Shown: in pieces, positions 21,100 through 31,237 of the stretch | Position numbering within the stretch: position 1 is the first letter of the stretch | How the letters are laid out: each line of letters begins with the position of its first letter | From: Candidatus Latescibacterota bacterium | GTDB taxonomy: Bacteria > Krumholzibacteriota > Krumholzibacteriia > WVZY01 | Assembly: GCA_963791045.1 (NCBI GenBank) | Contig: CAWBQK010000003.1 | Location: 1-64,000, forward strand | DNA: 64,000 nt | Reading direction: 5' to 3' | Notes under the pieces: generated by a model | What the model saw: only the letters and a program-made list of their open reading frames with translations | Database searches by the model: none | What the model was told of the DNA's origin: nothing | Position numbers and translations under genes: made by a program

Positions 21100-22059
21100 A
21101 TGTCGGGAGTCGAAAAAAGTTCAAACCATATGAATCAACTCCAGAATAATGACAAAGTGAAAGACCTCGCGGAGCACGGTATCCGGGCGACTCTTGTTGG
21201 GATCGTCACTAGCGCCGTCCTCGGGGCCGTCAAGATTCTTGCCGGGATACTGGGGCATTCGTACGCGCTCATCGCCGATGGCGTCGAGTCGGTTCTCGAT
21301 ATCCTCAGTTCTTTTGCCGTTCTGGGCGGCCTGAAGGCGGCCGCCACGCCTCCGACTCGAAGGTATCCTTACGGGTACGGCAAGGCCGAGCCCCTCGCCG
21401 CGCTCGTCGTTGCGACGGCGCTGTTCGTTGCGGCAATCGGGATCGCCATTCAGAGTGTTCGTGAAATCCTCTCCCCCCACCACGCCCCCGCGCCGTTTAC
21501 GCTCGCCGTGCTTGTTGGCGTTGTGTTGACAAAGGAACTGTTGTTCAGGCGTCTGCAGAAGGCGGCGAACAAGATCCAGAGCACAGCCGTAATGACCGAC
21601 GCGTGGCACCACAGAGCCGACGCCATCACGTCGATTGCCGCGTTTATCGGGATTTCAATCGCATTGATCGGGGGGCAGGGGTACGAAAGCGCGGATGACT
21701 GGGCGGCGCTCGTGGCCTGTCTGGTCATCGCCTACAATGGATACCGTTTGTTCCGTTCGGGTATCCGTGAAGTAATCGATGCCGCGCCGTCGCCCGCCGT
21801 TGAACAACGAGTACGTTCGATCGCGTCCGGTGTCGAGGGTGTGATCGGCCTGGACAAGTGCAGGATCCGCAAGAGCGGGCTCGTCACGTTCATTGAGATC
21901 CATGTCGTTGTCGACGGCGAGATCTCAGTGGACGAAGGGCACAACATCGCCCACCGCGTCAAAGACGCGTTACGGGCTTCGGAACTCGTCGTGCAAGACG
22001 TGACGGTTCACGTCGAACCTCCGTCCGAACTCGAACGTGATTCATCCGGCATCGATTGA
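21100..22059 (+). CDS. Cation diffusion facilitator, FieF-like
   Basis: SYALIADGVES, YPYGYGKAE, DAWHHRADA, EGHNIA, VTVHVEP. Confidence 0.9.
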   Translation: MSGVEKSSNHMNQLQNNDKVKDLAEHGIRATLVGIVTSAVLGAVKILAGILGHSYALIADGVESVLDILSSFAVLGGLKAAATPPTRRYPYGYGKAEPLAALVVATALFVAAIGIAIQSVREILSPHHAPAPFTLAVLVGVVLTKELLFRRLQKAANKIQSTAVMTDAWHHRADAITSIAAFIGISIALIGGQGYESADDWAALVACLVIAYNGYRLFRSGIREVIDAAPSPAVEQRVRSIASGVEGVIGLDKCRIRKSGLVTFIEIHVVVDGEISVDEGHNIAHRVKDALRASELVVQDVTVHVEPPSELERDSSGID

Positions 22060-22073
22060 GCAAACGCCTCGGG

Positions 22074-22622
22074 CTACTTTGGCGGATACTCTTTGAAGAT
22101 TTTTTCTATCGCCTTGTCGATTGTTTCGTTAAGTTGTTCCATCGGTGCATCCTCTTTGCGCGCGTTCTCCGCAGTACCACGCCACACAAGCTGCTTGGCC
22201 TTAGCGTCGAACAGGTCGACGATCAATGCGCCTTGTGTGATTTCCTGAACGTTCGTGGAACCACCGACCATAGACGTCGCGTACAAGTCCATTCCGCTGT
22301 ACATGGTCCGTTGCAGGACTAGCAGCTGAGCTCCTCCTGTGTGGTAAAAAACGAGAAGGTCCCCGCCTTCGTCGACCATTTGAAGCCCCTTCTTGGCGAG
22401 CTGTTCGTCGATGTCGCTACGGATCCTCTTCGCCGTCAGAGGACTCTTTTTGATGGCTTCTTTGGCGTCTTGTGGCAGAGTGTCGGGCACCACGTACCAC
22501 GTGTACGTCTCGTAGCTATCGAAGTCGGCGTCCTTGTCGTAGTCGTACGAGGTGTAAATCGGATTGCACCCGGCGGTAAATAACACCACGGCTGCGATCG
22601 CGATCAAAAAGCGTGTTGTCAC
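22074..22622 (-). CDS. DUF4136 family lipoprotein
   Basis: LFTAGC lipobox, DYDKDADFDSYETYTW, GALIVDLFDAKAKQLVWRGTA, IFKEYPP. Confidence 0.8.
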   Translation of the reverse strand: MTTRFLIAIAAVVLFTAGCNPIYTSYDYDKDADFDSYETYTWYVVPDTLPQDAKEAIKKSPLTAKRIRSDIDEQLAKKGLQMVDEGGDLLVFYHTGGAQLLVLQRTMYSGMDLYATSMVGGSTNVQEITQGALIVDLFDAKAKQLVWRGTAENARKEDAPMEQLNETIDKAIEKIFKEYPPK

Positions 22623-22656
22623 TGTTTTCTCCTTCGTAGAAGCTGGCTTATCCATC

Positions 22657-24585
22657 TTATTTGAACAGTATCGTTTTTCCGCCTGTGTCCGCATCCTCGA
22701 GCAGGAGGGCGCGAAGGTGCGGCCATGAACCCGCATCGACAACGGGAACAAACACACTGAGTTCGCGGTCGATGCTCATCCAGCCGCCGCTTATATCCGA
22801 ACGCACGCTGAAGTGGCCTATCGTGTTGTTGATCTCGTATGTCTCGGGGGCGTGAATGATCTCTTGTTTTCCTGTTTTGATTCGGAGTTTGACGTGCTGC
22901 GTCATCTTGCCCGGGAGCACGACCGGCGCACCGCGATGTTCGTGGTAGAGGTGAACGTCGGATGGCAGCCTCTCGGCAATCCCGCCCGCGGGATCTCCGA
23001 GCGTGAAGCCGATACGGTCAAGAGCGTCCGCGTCCGGCGCCGGAATCTCGAAATCAAACCCGACCGTCACATGGCCCGATTCGAAGACATCTGGGTTGAA
23101 CGCCATGACTTTGGAGCCGGGAAGGACGGATCCCGCGATTCTCCCAAGAAACGCGAGCGACTCGCCGTCGAGTCCCGCCATGTCCCCATACGGACAAAAG
23201 AGACCATCGGTGTCGAGGGTACCGGCGCCTTTCCACGCGCCGTTCTCGCCGGGTTCAATAGACAGGATCAGTTCGAAGCGGCTCGATCTGTCGGTATCGC
23301 CCAAAACCGTGATCGTCGCCGGGGCTTCGCCGGCGCCGGGGCTCCAGACAACACGGCCCTCGAACGCGACGGATCCATCGGTCAGCGCCCCGTTGGACGG
23401 ATCATAAAACGCGTCGAATCGCTCGCCGCCCACATGAACGCCCACCTCGTCGAACCGAGCGAGCCCGGGAACATCAAGGTCGATGCCCGTCGTCGCGCTC
23501 GACCGGTATACGGGCCGGGCTTCGAGTCCCGCACGGCGAAAGAGCGCCGAAGCGAGCACCGCGCGGTCGAGACCGTGGCCGTATGCCGTGTCCCAGGTGC
23601 GTGAGGCCGGGCGAGGTGAAAACATCCAGTGTCGTGAACTGTAATGGATACTCCGAGAGCACTCGTCGACAAACGCGGCGACCGCTCGCGCTTTTGCCGC
23701 GCTCGTGTTTATGTTTTCGATATAGGTATCGAGTGTGTCCGCGAGTACGTCATCCAGAACAGCCGCCGCATCGAATCCGCCGGCGACCGCCGCGCCCAGT
23801 GTATTCCAGTCACTCCAGGTCGACCAGGTGACATAGGGCGCATAAACCGCGGGGTTCGAGATGACCGGGAATCCCAGCGCGGCGACATTTTCCAGTCGCC
23901 ATACATATGTCGCCGTCGCGTTGACACGGGCGACCTCAGGCTCCGGTGAGCTGTTCCCGCCGGCGTACAGCAGCGATGCATCCTGCGGTGTTGTAACGCT
24001 GAGCTCAGCGAGTACGGCGGGATCGCGCTGGGCAAAAACCCAATGCCCATCGGCGCCGTCCGCAGAAGTCGTCGTTTCTATTTCATAAATGGTTTCCATG
24101 ATGCAGGGGAGTTCAACCCCGTCATGGAGGAGCATCGTCTCGCGCATGGTCGAGTAGTCGTCCGCCGTCGCCACAGCGTAGGGAAGCGTCTCGACCACGG
24201 CCGTTGGACTCACCTCGGAGGCGTCCGGCCACCAGCGCTCATCGCGCCAGGTCCTGAGCGATTTTACCGTGAGTGTCGATGTCGCGGAGTTGAATGGGAT
24301 CCTCAAGTCCGCATGGCCGCGGATGCCCCTCGCTGTTCCGATCCAAACGACACGGTGGATTCGCGTGCGGAGCGCACCGTTCTCCACGGTGACAGCGCGG
24401 CTTTCGAGGAGAAGGATGGCGTCGTGCGCGGACAGGTCGAATGCCTCCTGGGCACGCGACCAGAGCTGATCGAGATCATGACCTCCGGATGAGCCCATGC
24501 CCGCCGCCGCAACAACAACGGGCGAAGTCAAAACAGACGCGGCAAATAGAATCAGCATAAGAGTGGTTGAAAGCAATCTCATCAC
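22657..24585 (-). CDS. DUF3857 domain protein with degenerate transglutaminase-like core
   Basis: Signal peptide, DAILLLE, PRPASRTWDTAYGHGLDRAVL (no catalytic Cys), FYDPS. Confidence 0.65.
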   Translation of the reverse strand: MMRLLSTTLMLILFAASVLTSPVVVAAAGMGSSGGHDLDQLWSRAQEAFDLSAHDAILLLESRAVTVENGALRTRIHRVVWIGTARGIRGHADLRIPFNSATSTLTVKSLRTWRDERWWPDASEVSPTAVVETLPYAVATADDYSTMRETMLLHDGVELPCIMETIYEIETTTSADGADGHWVFAQRDPAVLAELSVTTPQDASLLYAGGNSSPEPEVARVNATATYVWRLENVAALGFPVISNPAVYAPYVTWSTWSDWNTLGAAVAGGFDAAAVLDDVLADTLDTYIENINTSAAKARAVAAFVDECSRSIHYSSRHWMFSPRPASRTWDTAYGHGLDRAVLASALFRRAGLEARPVYRSSATTGIDLDVPGLARFDEVGVHVGGERFDAFYDPSNGALTDGSVAFEGRVVWSPGAGEAPATITVLGDTDRSSRFELILSIEPGENGAWKGAGTLDTDGLFCPYGDMAGLDGESLAFLGRIAGSVLPGSKVMAFNPDVFESGHVTVGFDFEIPAPDADALDRIGFTLGDPAGGIAERLPSDVHLYHEHRGAPVVLPGKMTQHVKLRIKTGKQEIIHAPETYEINNTIGHFSVRSDISGGWMSIDRELSVFVPVVDAGSWPHLRALLLEDADTGGKTILFK

Positions 24586-26657
24586 TTGCCTCCTTTCTCG
24601 ATCCGGAAGGAGGATTTGCCGAACTTCTTGGCTTCATCCATAGCACGTTTGAACCCGTCGTATCCATCGGGTGGGATTTGTCGGCGCCTCACCTCGGCGC
24701 GCTGCGTGATAGTTAAGCTGCGCCCTTTTGATTCGCTCGTCCCCTTGAAATACGCGTATGTCTCGTCGACCTCGTCGGATGACGGCGGATCGACGGCCTT
24801 GTATCCCCTGGGCAACTGGATGTTTTCGGCGCCCTCGATCAACTGTGTATAATAGAGAAACACATCGGTTTTGCGGCCATCGCCCCATGTGGCCTGCCCC
24901 GAACGAAACAGCGAGCCGTCATTCAACACCACGTTCATCATGGGGCTCGTGAATTCGTAGCCGTCCGCCACCGGTACGGCAAAACGCGGGATGCGATACT
25001 TCACTTTTACCCACATGTCCTTGCTGAAATCATCGGGCGCAAAATTTTCGACAACAACACCTTCGACACGGTTGCTCACCGGGGAGAGTATCCTGGCGAA
25101 CGTATTATTGAGTTCCTGCCGGCGGCTGCCGCTCACAAGACGGCGCAGACGGCCGTCGAGCGCGCCCGAACCCGAGAGCAAGAACGTTCCTTCTAGCGTT
25201 CCATCCTCGAGCAATTTCGCGTCGTGCGTGATGTTTAGCGGCGATTCGGCGGGCGGGCTGTAGTCGATGCGCGAAAGTGTCTCGCCCTCGGGTGTGCCCA
25301 CGAGGTAATGCTGTTCGGCTTCGAGAAGCGACCATATGTTGTTGTTGTACGGCACCCAGGTTGGATCGTACATCTCGAAAGTGCCATCGCTCCTTCGGAG
25401 CGCACACACGCAGTGGTTGAACTGGTCGGCGGGGACCGCGTCTATTCGGCTTCCGGCCATCGTCATCGCTCCGTAGCTGTCCAGTCCCGCGGCGCGCAGC
25501 ATCGCTATCAGCATCCCCGCGATGTCTTTGCAGACGCCGCTTCGTTGTTCGAAAATCATCTGCGCGGGATGAAGCGTGAAACCTTCTCCTTCGCCCATCG
25601 TTTGTCCGCTGTATCGGATGTTTTGTGCCACCCAGTGGACCAGCGCCTTGGCCTTGCGTTCGTCCGACGCGTTGTTAACGCCGGCGTCGGTCAGGATTTC
25701 GTCGACCTTTTCCTGTATGACGGGTGTTACTTCGAACTGATCCCGGTTTACGTCAAAAAACCAGCGGCTTTTTGCCTCCCAGCTTTCAGCCGTGGCCATC
25801 ACGACTTTCGCGACAAAATCGCTCTCGTCGGGCTGTCGCGGTTCGCGTGTGCGCGCGGGGAGGTTCAACCCCCACCACGCGTATTCGGTGCGGCTCCCGC
25901 TGTACGTCGTGCTCGAATAGAGCGGGCCGTTGTAAATCTCCGAGTGGAGCCGTTTGTCCGATGGGAGACTGAGAATGTATCTTTTCTCGATGACGGGTGC
26001 CGCACCGGCGAAGAGCACGATGTCAAAGTATTCGCCCGGCATCGGCGGGATATAGCGGTCGTCGTCGGGGGCCTGGCCGGCGCCGTCCGAGGCGCCCGTA
26101 CCCGTTTGCGCCGCTCCGTCGGCGAGTAGCGCGTAGGTGAACCCCTTGCGGAAGACAATTACTTCGATGCCGTCGTTGACATAAAGGCGGGGAAGCTGGA
26201 GCGTCTTGATCCGATCGCTCCAGTAGATCGCGGCCTGCGGAGCAGGAAGATCGTGCACCTGTGTCACGTCGACCGGGATGCGTTTGTCGCCGCGGATAAT
26301 ATTGACTTCTCTGACCTCGACATAGCTGCTTTGCGGGTCGAAATTCCACCTGAGGACGGAGAGGTTTCGGCATCCCACCTGGGTGAGAACTTTGTAAACA
26401 ACTTTGCTGTCCACATAGGTGACGCCCGACGGCTTCATATGATTTTTTGCATAGTCGTACACGACGACGTGCGCGGCGCCATCATGGTCGGATGCGACAC
26501 CTGCGTTTTTGACGCGTGAAAATACATCGGCGGGCGGCTGTTCCCCCGGCGGCAGGTTTGACTCGTCGGCCGAGCCGTTAACCGGTAACGCCAGCAGGAC
26601 ACAAGTGATGAGGACTGCAACCGATCGAAGACTCTCACGCCAAATAATGCTGTGCAA
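24582..26657 (-). CDS. DUF3857 plus transglutaminase-like domain protein
   Basis: WVAQNIRY, GVCKDIAGML, FNHCV, YDPT (Cys-His-Asp triad); TTG start after CAGGAGG. Confidence 0.8.
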   Translation of the reverse strand: MHSIIWRESLRSVAVLITCVLLALPVNGSADESNLPPGEQPPADVFSRVKNAGVASDHDGAAHVVVYDYAKNHMKPSGVTYVDSKVVYKVLTQVGCRNLSVLRWNFDPQSSYVEVREVNIIRGDKRIPVDVTQVHDLPAPQAAIYWSDRIKTLQLPRLYVNDGIEVIVFRKGFTYALLADGAAQTGTGASDGAGQAPDDDRYIPPMPGEYFDIVLFAGAAPVIEKRYILSLPSDKRLHSEIYNGPLYSSTTYSGSRTEYAWWGLNLPARTREPRQPDESDFVAKVVMATAESWEAKSRWFFDVNRDQFEVTPVIQEKVDEILTDAGVNNASDERKAKALVHWVAQNIRYSGQTMGEGEGFTLHPAQMIFEQRSGVCKDIAGMLIAMLRAAGLDSYGAMTMAGSRIDAVPADQFNHCVCALRRSDGTFEMYDPTWVPYNNNIWSLLEAEQHYLVGTPEGETLSRIDYSPPAESPLNITHDAKLLEDGTLEGTFLLSGSGALDGRLRRLVSGSRRQELNNTFARILSPVSNRVEGVVVENFAPDDFSKDMWVKVKYRIPRFAVPVADGYEFTSPMMNVVLNDGSLFRSGQATWGDGRKTDVFLYYTQLIEGAENIQLPRGYKAVDPPSSDEVDETYAYFKGTSESKGRSLTITQRAEVRRRQIPPDGYDGFKRAMDEAKKFGKSSFRIEKGGK

Positions 26658-26957
26658 AGCAACCTCCTGTCTGCAACAATTGGATTCGCTGGTTTTGGCG
26701 GGCCGTTGAGCCGGCCCCATGGATCGTTTGGGTTTGTGGAGTTTACAGTGGATCGGGCGAATCGGCAACCGTCGCATTCCGCCCTCCCTGGAGACCGCGC
26801 CTGGCAGCCGTTTGCGGGCTTTGCCCTGTGTCGGCCGAAGAGCCCGTGTTGACCGAGGCCGAGCGTGTTGGCGTCGAACGGAACATTCAGAGTGCTTGTG
26901 ACAAGCTGGGCGACAATTTGTGTCCATGATGATGCGGTCATTTGACGAGGAGAAGAG

Positions 26958-27851
26958 ATGTCGGATGTAAAAAAATTCCTGGGACCGATGCGTGTTTCAT
27001 TTCTGGTCCTGACACCGGCGTGTGTTGTGCTCGGGCTCGGGACGGCCGTTTGGTCGGGAGCGGATATAAATCCGTTTTATTTTGCACTCGCACTTGTCGG
27101 CGCCGTCGCGTCGCACGTCAGTGTCAACGCCTTCAACGAGTATTTTGATTTCAAGAGCGGGTTGGATTTCAAAACGGTTCGCACACCGTTCAGCGGCGGA
27201 AGCGGCACGTTGCCCGCCAACCCGGGGTTGGCTCGTCAGGCGCTCGGGACCGCTGTCGGAAGCGCCGTCGTTGTCTGCGCTGTCGGTTTGTTTTTTGTCA
27301 AGGCGTGGGGGCTTGCGATTGTTCCCGTAGGAATCCTCGGCGTTCTGGTTATTGTCGCTTATACACCGTGGCTCGCCCACAACCCGTTCTTGTGTTTGAT
27401 CGCGCCGGGTTTGGGTTTTGGGACACTGATGGTTGTGGGAACTCATTTTGTCCTGGCCGGAGAATACTCGTGGCCGCCCGTCATCGCGTCTTTTGTGCCG
27501 TTCTTTCTTGTCAATAATCTTCTACTTCTCAATCAATTCCCCGATGTGGAAGCCGATCGAAGCGTGGGCCGCAGGAACTACCCGATTCTTATCGGGAGAA
27601 AGTCCAGCAGCATAATTTATGGATTGTTTCTTCTCTTTGCCCTGGTGTCGATTGTGGTGGGTGTTGTGCTTGGGTATTTTCCGCGTTTGTGTTTGATCGG
27701 CCTGGTTATGGTGGTGCCGTCGGTTGCCGCGTTTGTCGGCGCATATCGGTTCGCCGACGACATGGAACGGCTCGCGCCGTTCCTGGGATTGAACGTCATC
27801 ATCAACATTCTTACCCCCGTCCTTGTCGCCGTGGGTTTCTTTGCCGGGTGA
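26958..27851 (+). CDS. UbiA family prenyltransferase, MenA-like
   Basis: NAFNEYFDFKSGLD, TPFSGGSG, LLNQFPDVEADRSVGRR; multiple TM segments. Confidence 0.85.
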   Translation: MSDVKKFLGPMRVSFLVLTPACVVLGLGTAVWSGADINPFYFALALVGAVASHVSVNAFNEYFDFKSGLDFKTVRTPFSGGSGTLPANPGLARQALGTAVGSAVVVCAVGLFFVKAWGLAIVPVGILGVLVIVAYTPWLAHNPFLCLIAPGLGFGTLMVVGTHFVLAGEYSWPPVIASFVPFFLVNNLLLLNQFPDVEADRSVGRRNYPILIGRKSSSIIYGLFLLFALVSIVVGVVLGYFPRLCLIGLVMVVPSVAAFVGAYRFADDMERLAPFLGLNVIINILTPVLVAVGFFAG

Positions 27852-28106
27852 GGGGTGGAGCTCCGTACACCAAAAGTCACGTGTCCGGCCGTCAGAATCA
27901 GCCGAATCCGGTTGAAAAACAAAACTGTATCCTTTACACTGTAAGCGTTGTTAATAACCGGATTTTGCGGTCGTTTTTGCGGTGCACCTGAACGGCCGTC
28001 CGGTCCTGCCATGAAACCACCGGGGGTGGACGGAAACACCACAGGCTTAAACTCACATCTTTGGCGCATTCTCTGTGCATCAATACCAATATGGGGGGGT
28101 TGAGTT

Positions 28107-30425
28107 ATGAGAAGTGCTTTTATAGGAATTTTCATATTTACCGCACTCGCGTTCGCGGCTGGAACCGGAGTATGTGGTGACATTTACTTCGAGGGTTGGG
28201 AGGGAGGGACGTTGGCCGGATGGGAAGCGGCCAATGCGTCCAGCGATGTGGTCGTGGGCGACGCCGGTGGAAACCCGGGTGGATGCCTGCTGATACGCGG
28301 CAGCTCCGACGGCGACGGGCAAATTGGTGTGATGACCATGACTCCCGGCGCGACGGGCAATTACTGGGTGGCCGGTGTGGGACTCATGACATTCGATATG
28401 GGTTTCGACGATGGGTGGTACTCGCGTGTCTGGCTCCGGATTCGCTCCGATGAAAATGTGACGAGTGCGTGGAGTTACAACGTTCGTATACCAAACGAAC
28501 CCGGTGGTCGCTGGAGACAGGCGACAATCGAGTTTGACGAAACGTGGAGTGACTACGACGCGCAACTCGTCGGTTGGTCAAAGCAGCCGGGAGCCCTCAG
28601 TTTCACGGAAACGATGGCAAACGTTTACGCCGTGGAAATTGTTTTTGTGGCGTCGGAAGGTGTGGATGTCATCATCGACAATTTTCGTCTTGGTCCGCCT
28701 CCGGAATGTATTGCGGAGCTACCCACTCCGATTCTCGTGTTCAAGGGGAAAAGCGCGACCAATGATTTCAAAATCAGATGGGATTTTGAAATCGAGAACT
28801 GGTTCGAATTCTCTCCGGAACTCTTCCTGGCATCGCCGACTCTCCCACCCTGCGGGTCGATCAAGGCGGGGCCGAGATCATACATTCGGTTCGTGAGTTC
28901 GCGGGGGCAAGGTCTCGGGATGCTCTGTGGGCTGAACGATCCCGAGAAACTCAAGGATATCTATTTCGTCGCGGGAAATATTGGATCTCCGGACATTTAT
29001 GTCGAGTTGATCGACCGCCGATGCGACGTGATTACAACCTCCAATGTTGTGTCGACCGAATTCACCAATGAGAAGCCTCTTCCGGACGCCGGAGAGGATC
29101 AGGTCGTTGAGTGCGGTGGAGGGCTCACCGCCGTGACCGTCGACGCATCGGGGTCCAGCGATCCGGATGGAGACGACATCACATTCGAGTGGTTTGCGCA
29201 GGGGGCGACGTTCGACGATCCGTCGGCGGCGATCACAGTGGGACATTTCCCTATGGGAACAACCCAGGCAATTCTCAAGGTGTTCGATGGCCTGACGTTC
29301 GCGACCGATGTCGTCGAGATCACGGTCGAGGACAACTCACCGCCGGTGCTCAATGTCGGGCTCAGTCGTTCGATTTTGTGGCCGCCCAATCACAAATACT
29401 ATGATGTCCATGCCACCGTGACCGCCGATGACGCGTGTGGAGAGGTGGCGAGCATCACGCTCGTCAAATTGTTTGCGAGCGATTCGGCGGGGCGGACCGT
29501 GGAAATGAACCCCGAAACGGTGAGGGGGCTGACCCCGGGCGGGCTCGATACGGATTTCCAGATTCTTGCCGAGCGATGTGGCAATGAGGGTGAGCGACGG
29601 TTCGGACTCGTGTACATGGCGCTCGACAGGTCGCTCAATTTGGTTTCAGATACGGTTTATGTGTGTGTCCCGCACGATCGGTCCGGCCACGCGTTTTCAT
29701 CGCTGGGGTTCGCGGCCAACGGAAAAGCGCTCGACCGGGACTCCGAGTCGTTTCTCCTGGTGGTCCCGTCCGTCCGGGCTCCCGAGTACAATATCGATGC
29801 CGGCGCGATAGATGTATCAAGCGTGCAGCTTGGTAACACGAGGGGCGTTTTGTCCCCGCTTTGCGTTTATGAGGGAGATGTCAATGGCGACGCGCTTCGA
29901 GACGCGGTCTTCAGATTCTCATCGCCCGAGTTGACGAGACTCCGAGAGCTCGCCGAAGACAAGCACGAACCGGTTAGCTTTTATTTCGAGGACTCTTCGA
30001 ACCGGGTCAACACGGTTCTCGATATCTTCGAACTGGGCAAGCCCGTGGCGATTTCGATGAGGGATCTTCGATTGGTCGACGGGGAAGGCGTCGCGTTAAA
30101 ACGAGAACTCCCGCGACTCGAGAAAGGTTCGGATGACGCGCTACCCCTGAGAGCGGCTCTTGGCCGCGCGTACCCGAATCCGTTCAATCCGACCGTGTCG
30201 CTCGATTACGTGCTTCCCGCGGCCGGCGACGTGAGGCTATCCGTGTACGACGTCAACGGTCGACTGGTGCGCCGGCTCGTTATGGAGGAGAAAGCATCCG
30301 GAGTACACACGGCGGTATGGAACGCCCGCGATGACACGGGAGAGGGAGTGTCGACGGGAGTGTATTTCGTGCGGCTGCGATTCGGAAATGTTGTCGATAC
30401 GCGAAAGATTGTCTTGCTGAAGTAA
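28107..30425 (+). CDS. Large secreted multidomain protein (PKD-like, LWPPNHK domain, FlgD-Ig/T9SS-like tail)
   Basis: Signal peptide; NEKPLPDAGEDQ...DASGSSDPDGDDITFEW; ILWPPNHKY; AYPNPFNP...STGVYFVRL. Confidence 0.75.
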   Translation: MRSAFIGIFIFTALAFAAGTGVCGDIYFEGWEGGTLAGWEAANASSDVVVGDAGGNPGGCLLIRGSSDGDGQIGVMTMTPGATGNYWVAGVGLMTFDMGFDDGWYSRVWLRIRSDENVTSAWSYNVRIPNEPGGRWRQATIEFDETWSDYDAQLVGWSKQPGALSFTETMANVYAVEIVFVASEGVDVIIDNFRLGPPPECIAELPTPILVFKGKSATNDFKIRWDFEIENWFEFSPELFLASPTLPPCGSIKAGPRSYIRFVSSRGQGLGMLCGLNDPEKLKDIYFVAGNIGSPDIYVELIDRRCDVITTSNVVSTEFTNEKPLPDAGEDQVVECGGGLTAVTVDASGSSDPDGDDITFEWFAQGATFDDPSAAITVGHFPMGTTQAILKVFDGLTFATDVVEITVEDNSPPVLNVGLSRSILWPPNHKYYDVHATVTADDACGEVASITLVKLFASDSAGRTVEMNPETVRGLTPGGLDTDFQILAERCGNEGERRFGLVYMALDRSLNLVSDTVYVCVPHDRSGHAFSSLGFAANGKALDRDSESFLLVVPSVRAPEYNIDAGAIDVSSVQLGNTRGVLSPLCVYEGDVNGDALRDAVFRFSSPELTRLRELAEDKHEPVSFYFEDSSNRVNTVLDIFELGKPVAISMRDLRLVDGEGVALKRELPRLEKGSDDALPLRAALGRAYPNPFNPTVSLDYVLPAAGDVRLSVYDVNGRLVRRLVMEEKASGVHTAVWNARDDTGEGVSTGVYFVRLRFGNVVDTRKIVLLK

Positions 30426-30456
30426 ATCGTTGATTTCGGCAATAGGAATCGGACAA

Positions 30457-30500
30457 AAAGCCCGGGAGGCGAAAAGCAGTATTTTCGCCGCCGGGCTTTC
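30457..30500. terminator. Probable terminator hairpin between convergent genes
   Basis: AAAGCCCGG(GA)GGCGAAAA...TTTTCGCC(G)CCGGGCTTT. Confidence 0.6.
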
Positions 30501-30541
30501 TGCCGTTATCCGCATTTCCACAGATTTTTTAGTGGATTGTC

Positions 30542-31237
30542 TCAGAGAGAAGGAACCCATTCCTCGAGCGCATCACGGACAGCGCGACTTTTTTCATCCA
30601 CGCTTGCGAAATCACCTCTCGATATCTCGATCTGAATCCACGGCATTTCGCTCGAATGTGATCGGGTGATGAATCCGCCTTTGAATGGTTGGTTTAGAGC
30701 CACCGGCTGGCCAATTTTTGACGCGAGAATGGGGGCGAGTTTTTCAATCCACTCGGTCGGACACGACTTTCCATCCAGGTTGCCGAGGCACACGGCGGGA
30801 CGGAGGGTGCCAGCGTCGGAAGCTATGGGGGGTGCAACGGCGACCATCGTATGGCAGTCGATACCCAATCGTACGTCACCTCTAGCGGCTATCTCGGAGA
30901 GGTGTCGATGATAAGGATGGTAGTACGAATTCAGCAACTGTCTGACGAGCTGTTCCGAGGGCGGCTGTTTGTACACCGGGATGTTAAAACACGTGTGGGT
31001 TTTGATTACGCCATCGGGTCGGCGGTCGTCCTCCGCCCGATTCAAGTCGACGGCGGCCCGCGCAATATCCGTAGTCACGAAAGCGGCGGCCGTCGCCTTC
31101 AAGGGTCCATAAATGTCGAGTGCCTGTTCGTCGCCGTCCTGGACAATGGCGGAGGCGTCGAGCGAAACCAGCGTCGCGATTTCATCGGGGATTCGCAAGC
31201 CGGCATGTGGGAGCGAGACGAGAATGGGCAGTGTCAA
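30542..31237 (-). CDS. N-formylglutamate amidohydrolase family protein
   Basis: LVSLPHAG, ARAAVDLNR, YYHPYH, IDCHTM, NQPFKGGFIT, IQIEISR. Confidence 0.88.
   Translation of the reverse strand: MTLPILVSLPHAGLRIPDEIATLVSLDASAIVQDGDEQALDIYGPLKATAAAFVTTDIARAAVDLNRAEDDRRPDGVIKTHTCFNIPVYKQPPSEQLVRQLLNSYYHPYHRHLSEIAARGDVRLGIDCHTMVAVAPPIASDAGTLRPAVCLGNLDGKSCPTEWIEKLAPILASKIGQPVALNQPFKGGFITRSHSSEMPWIQIEISRGDFASVDEKSRAVRDALEEWVPSL

Noticed and set aside
30542-31237. hutG of histidine utilisation
   Set aside because: No hutH/U/I/F nearby; family assignment only
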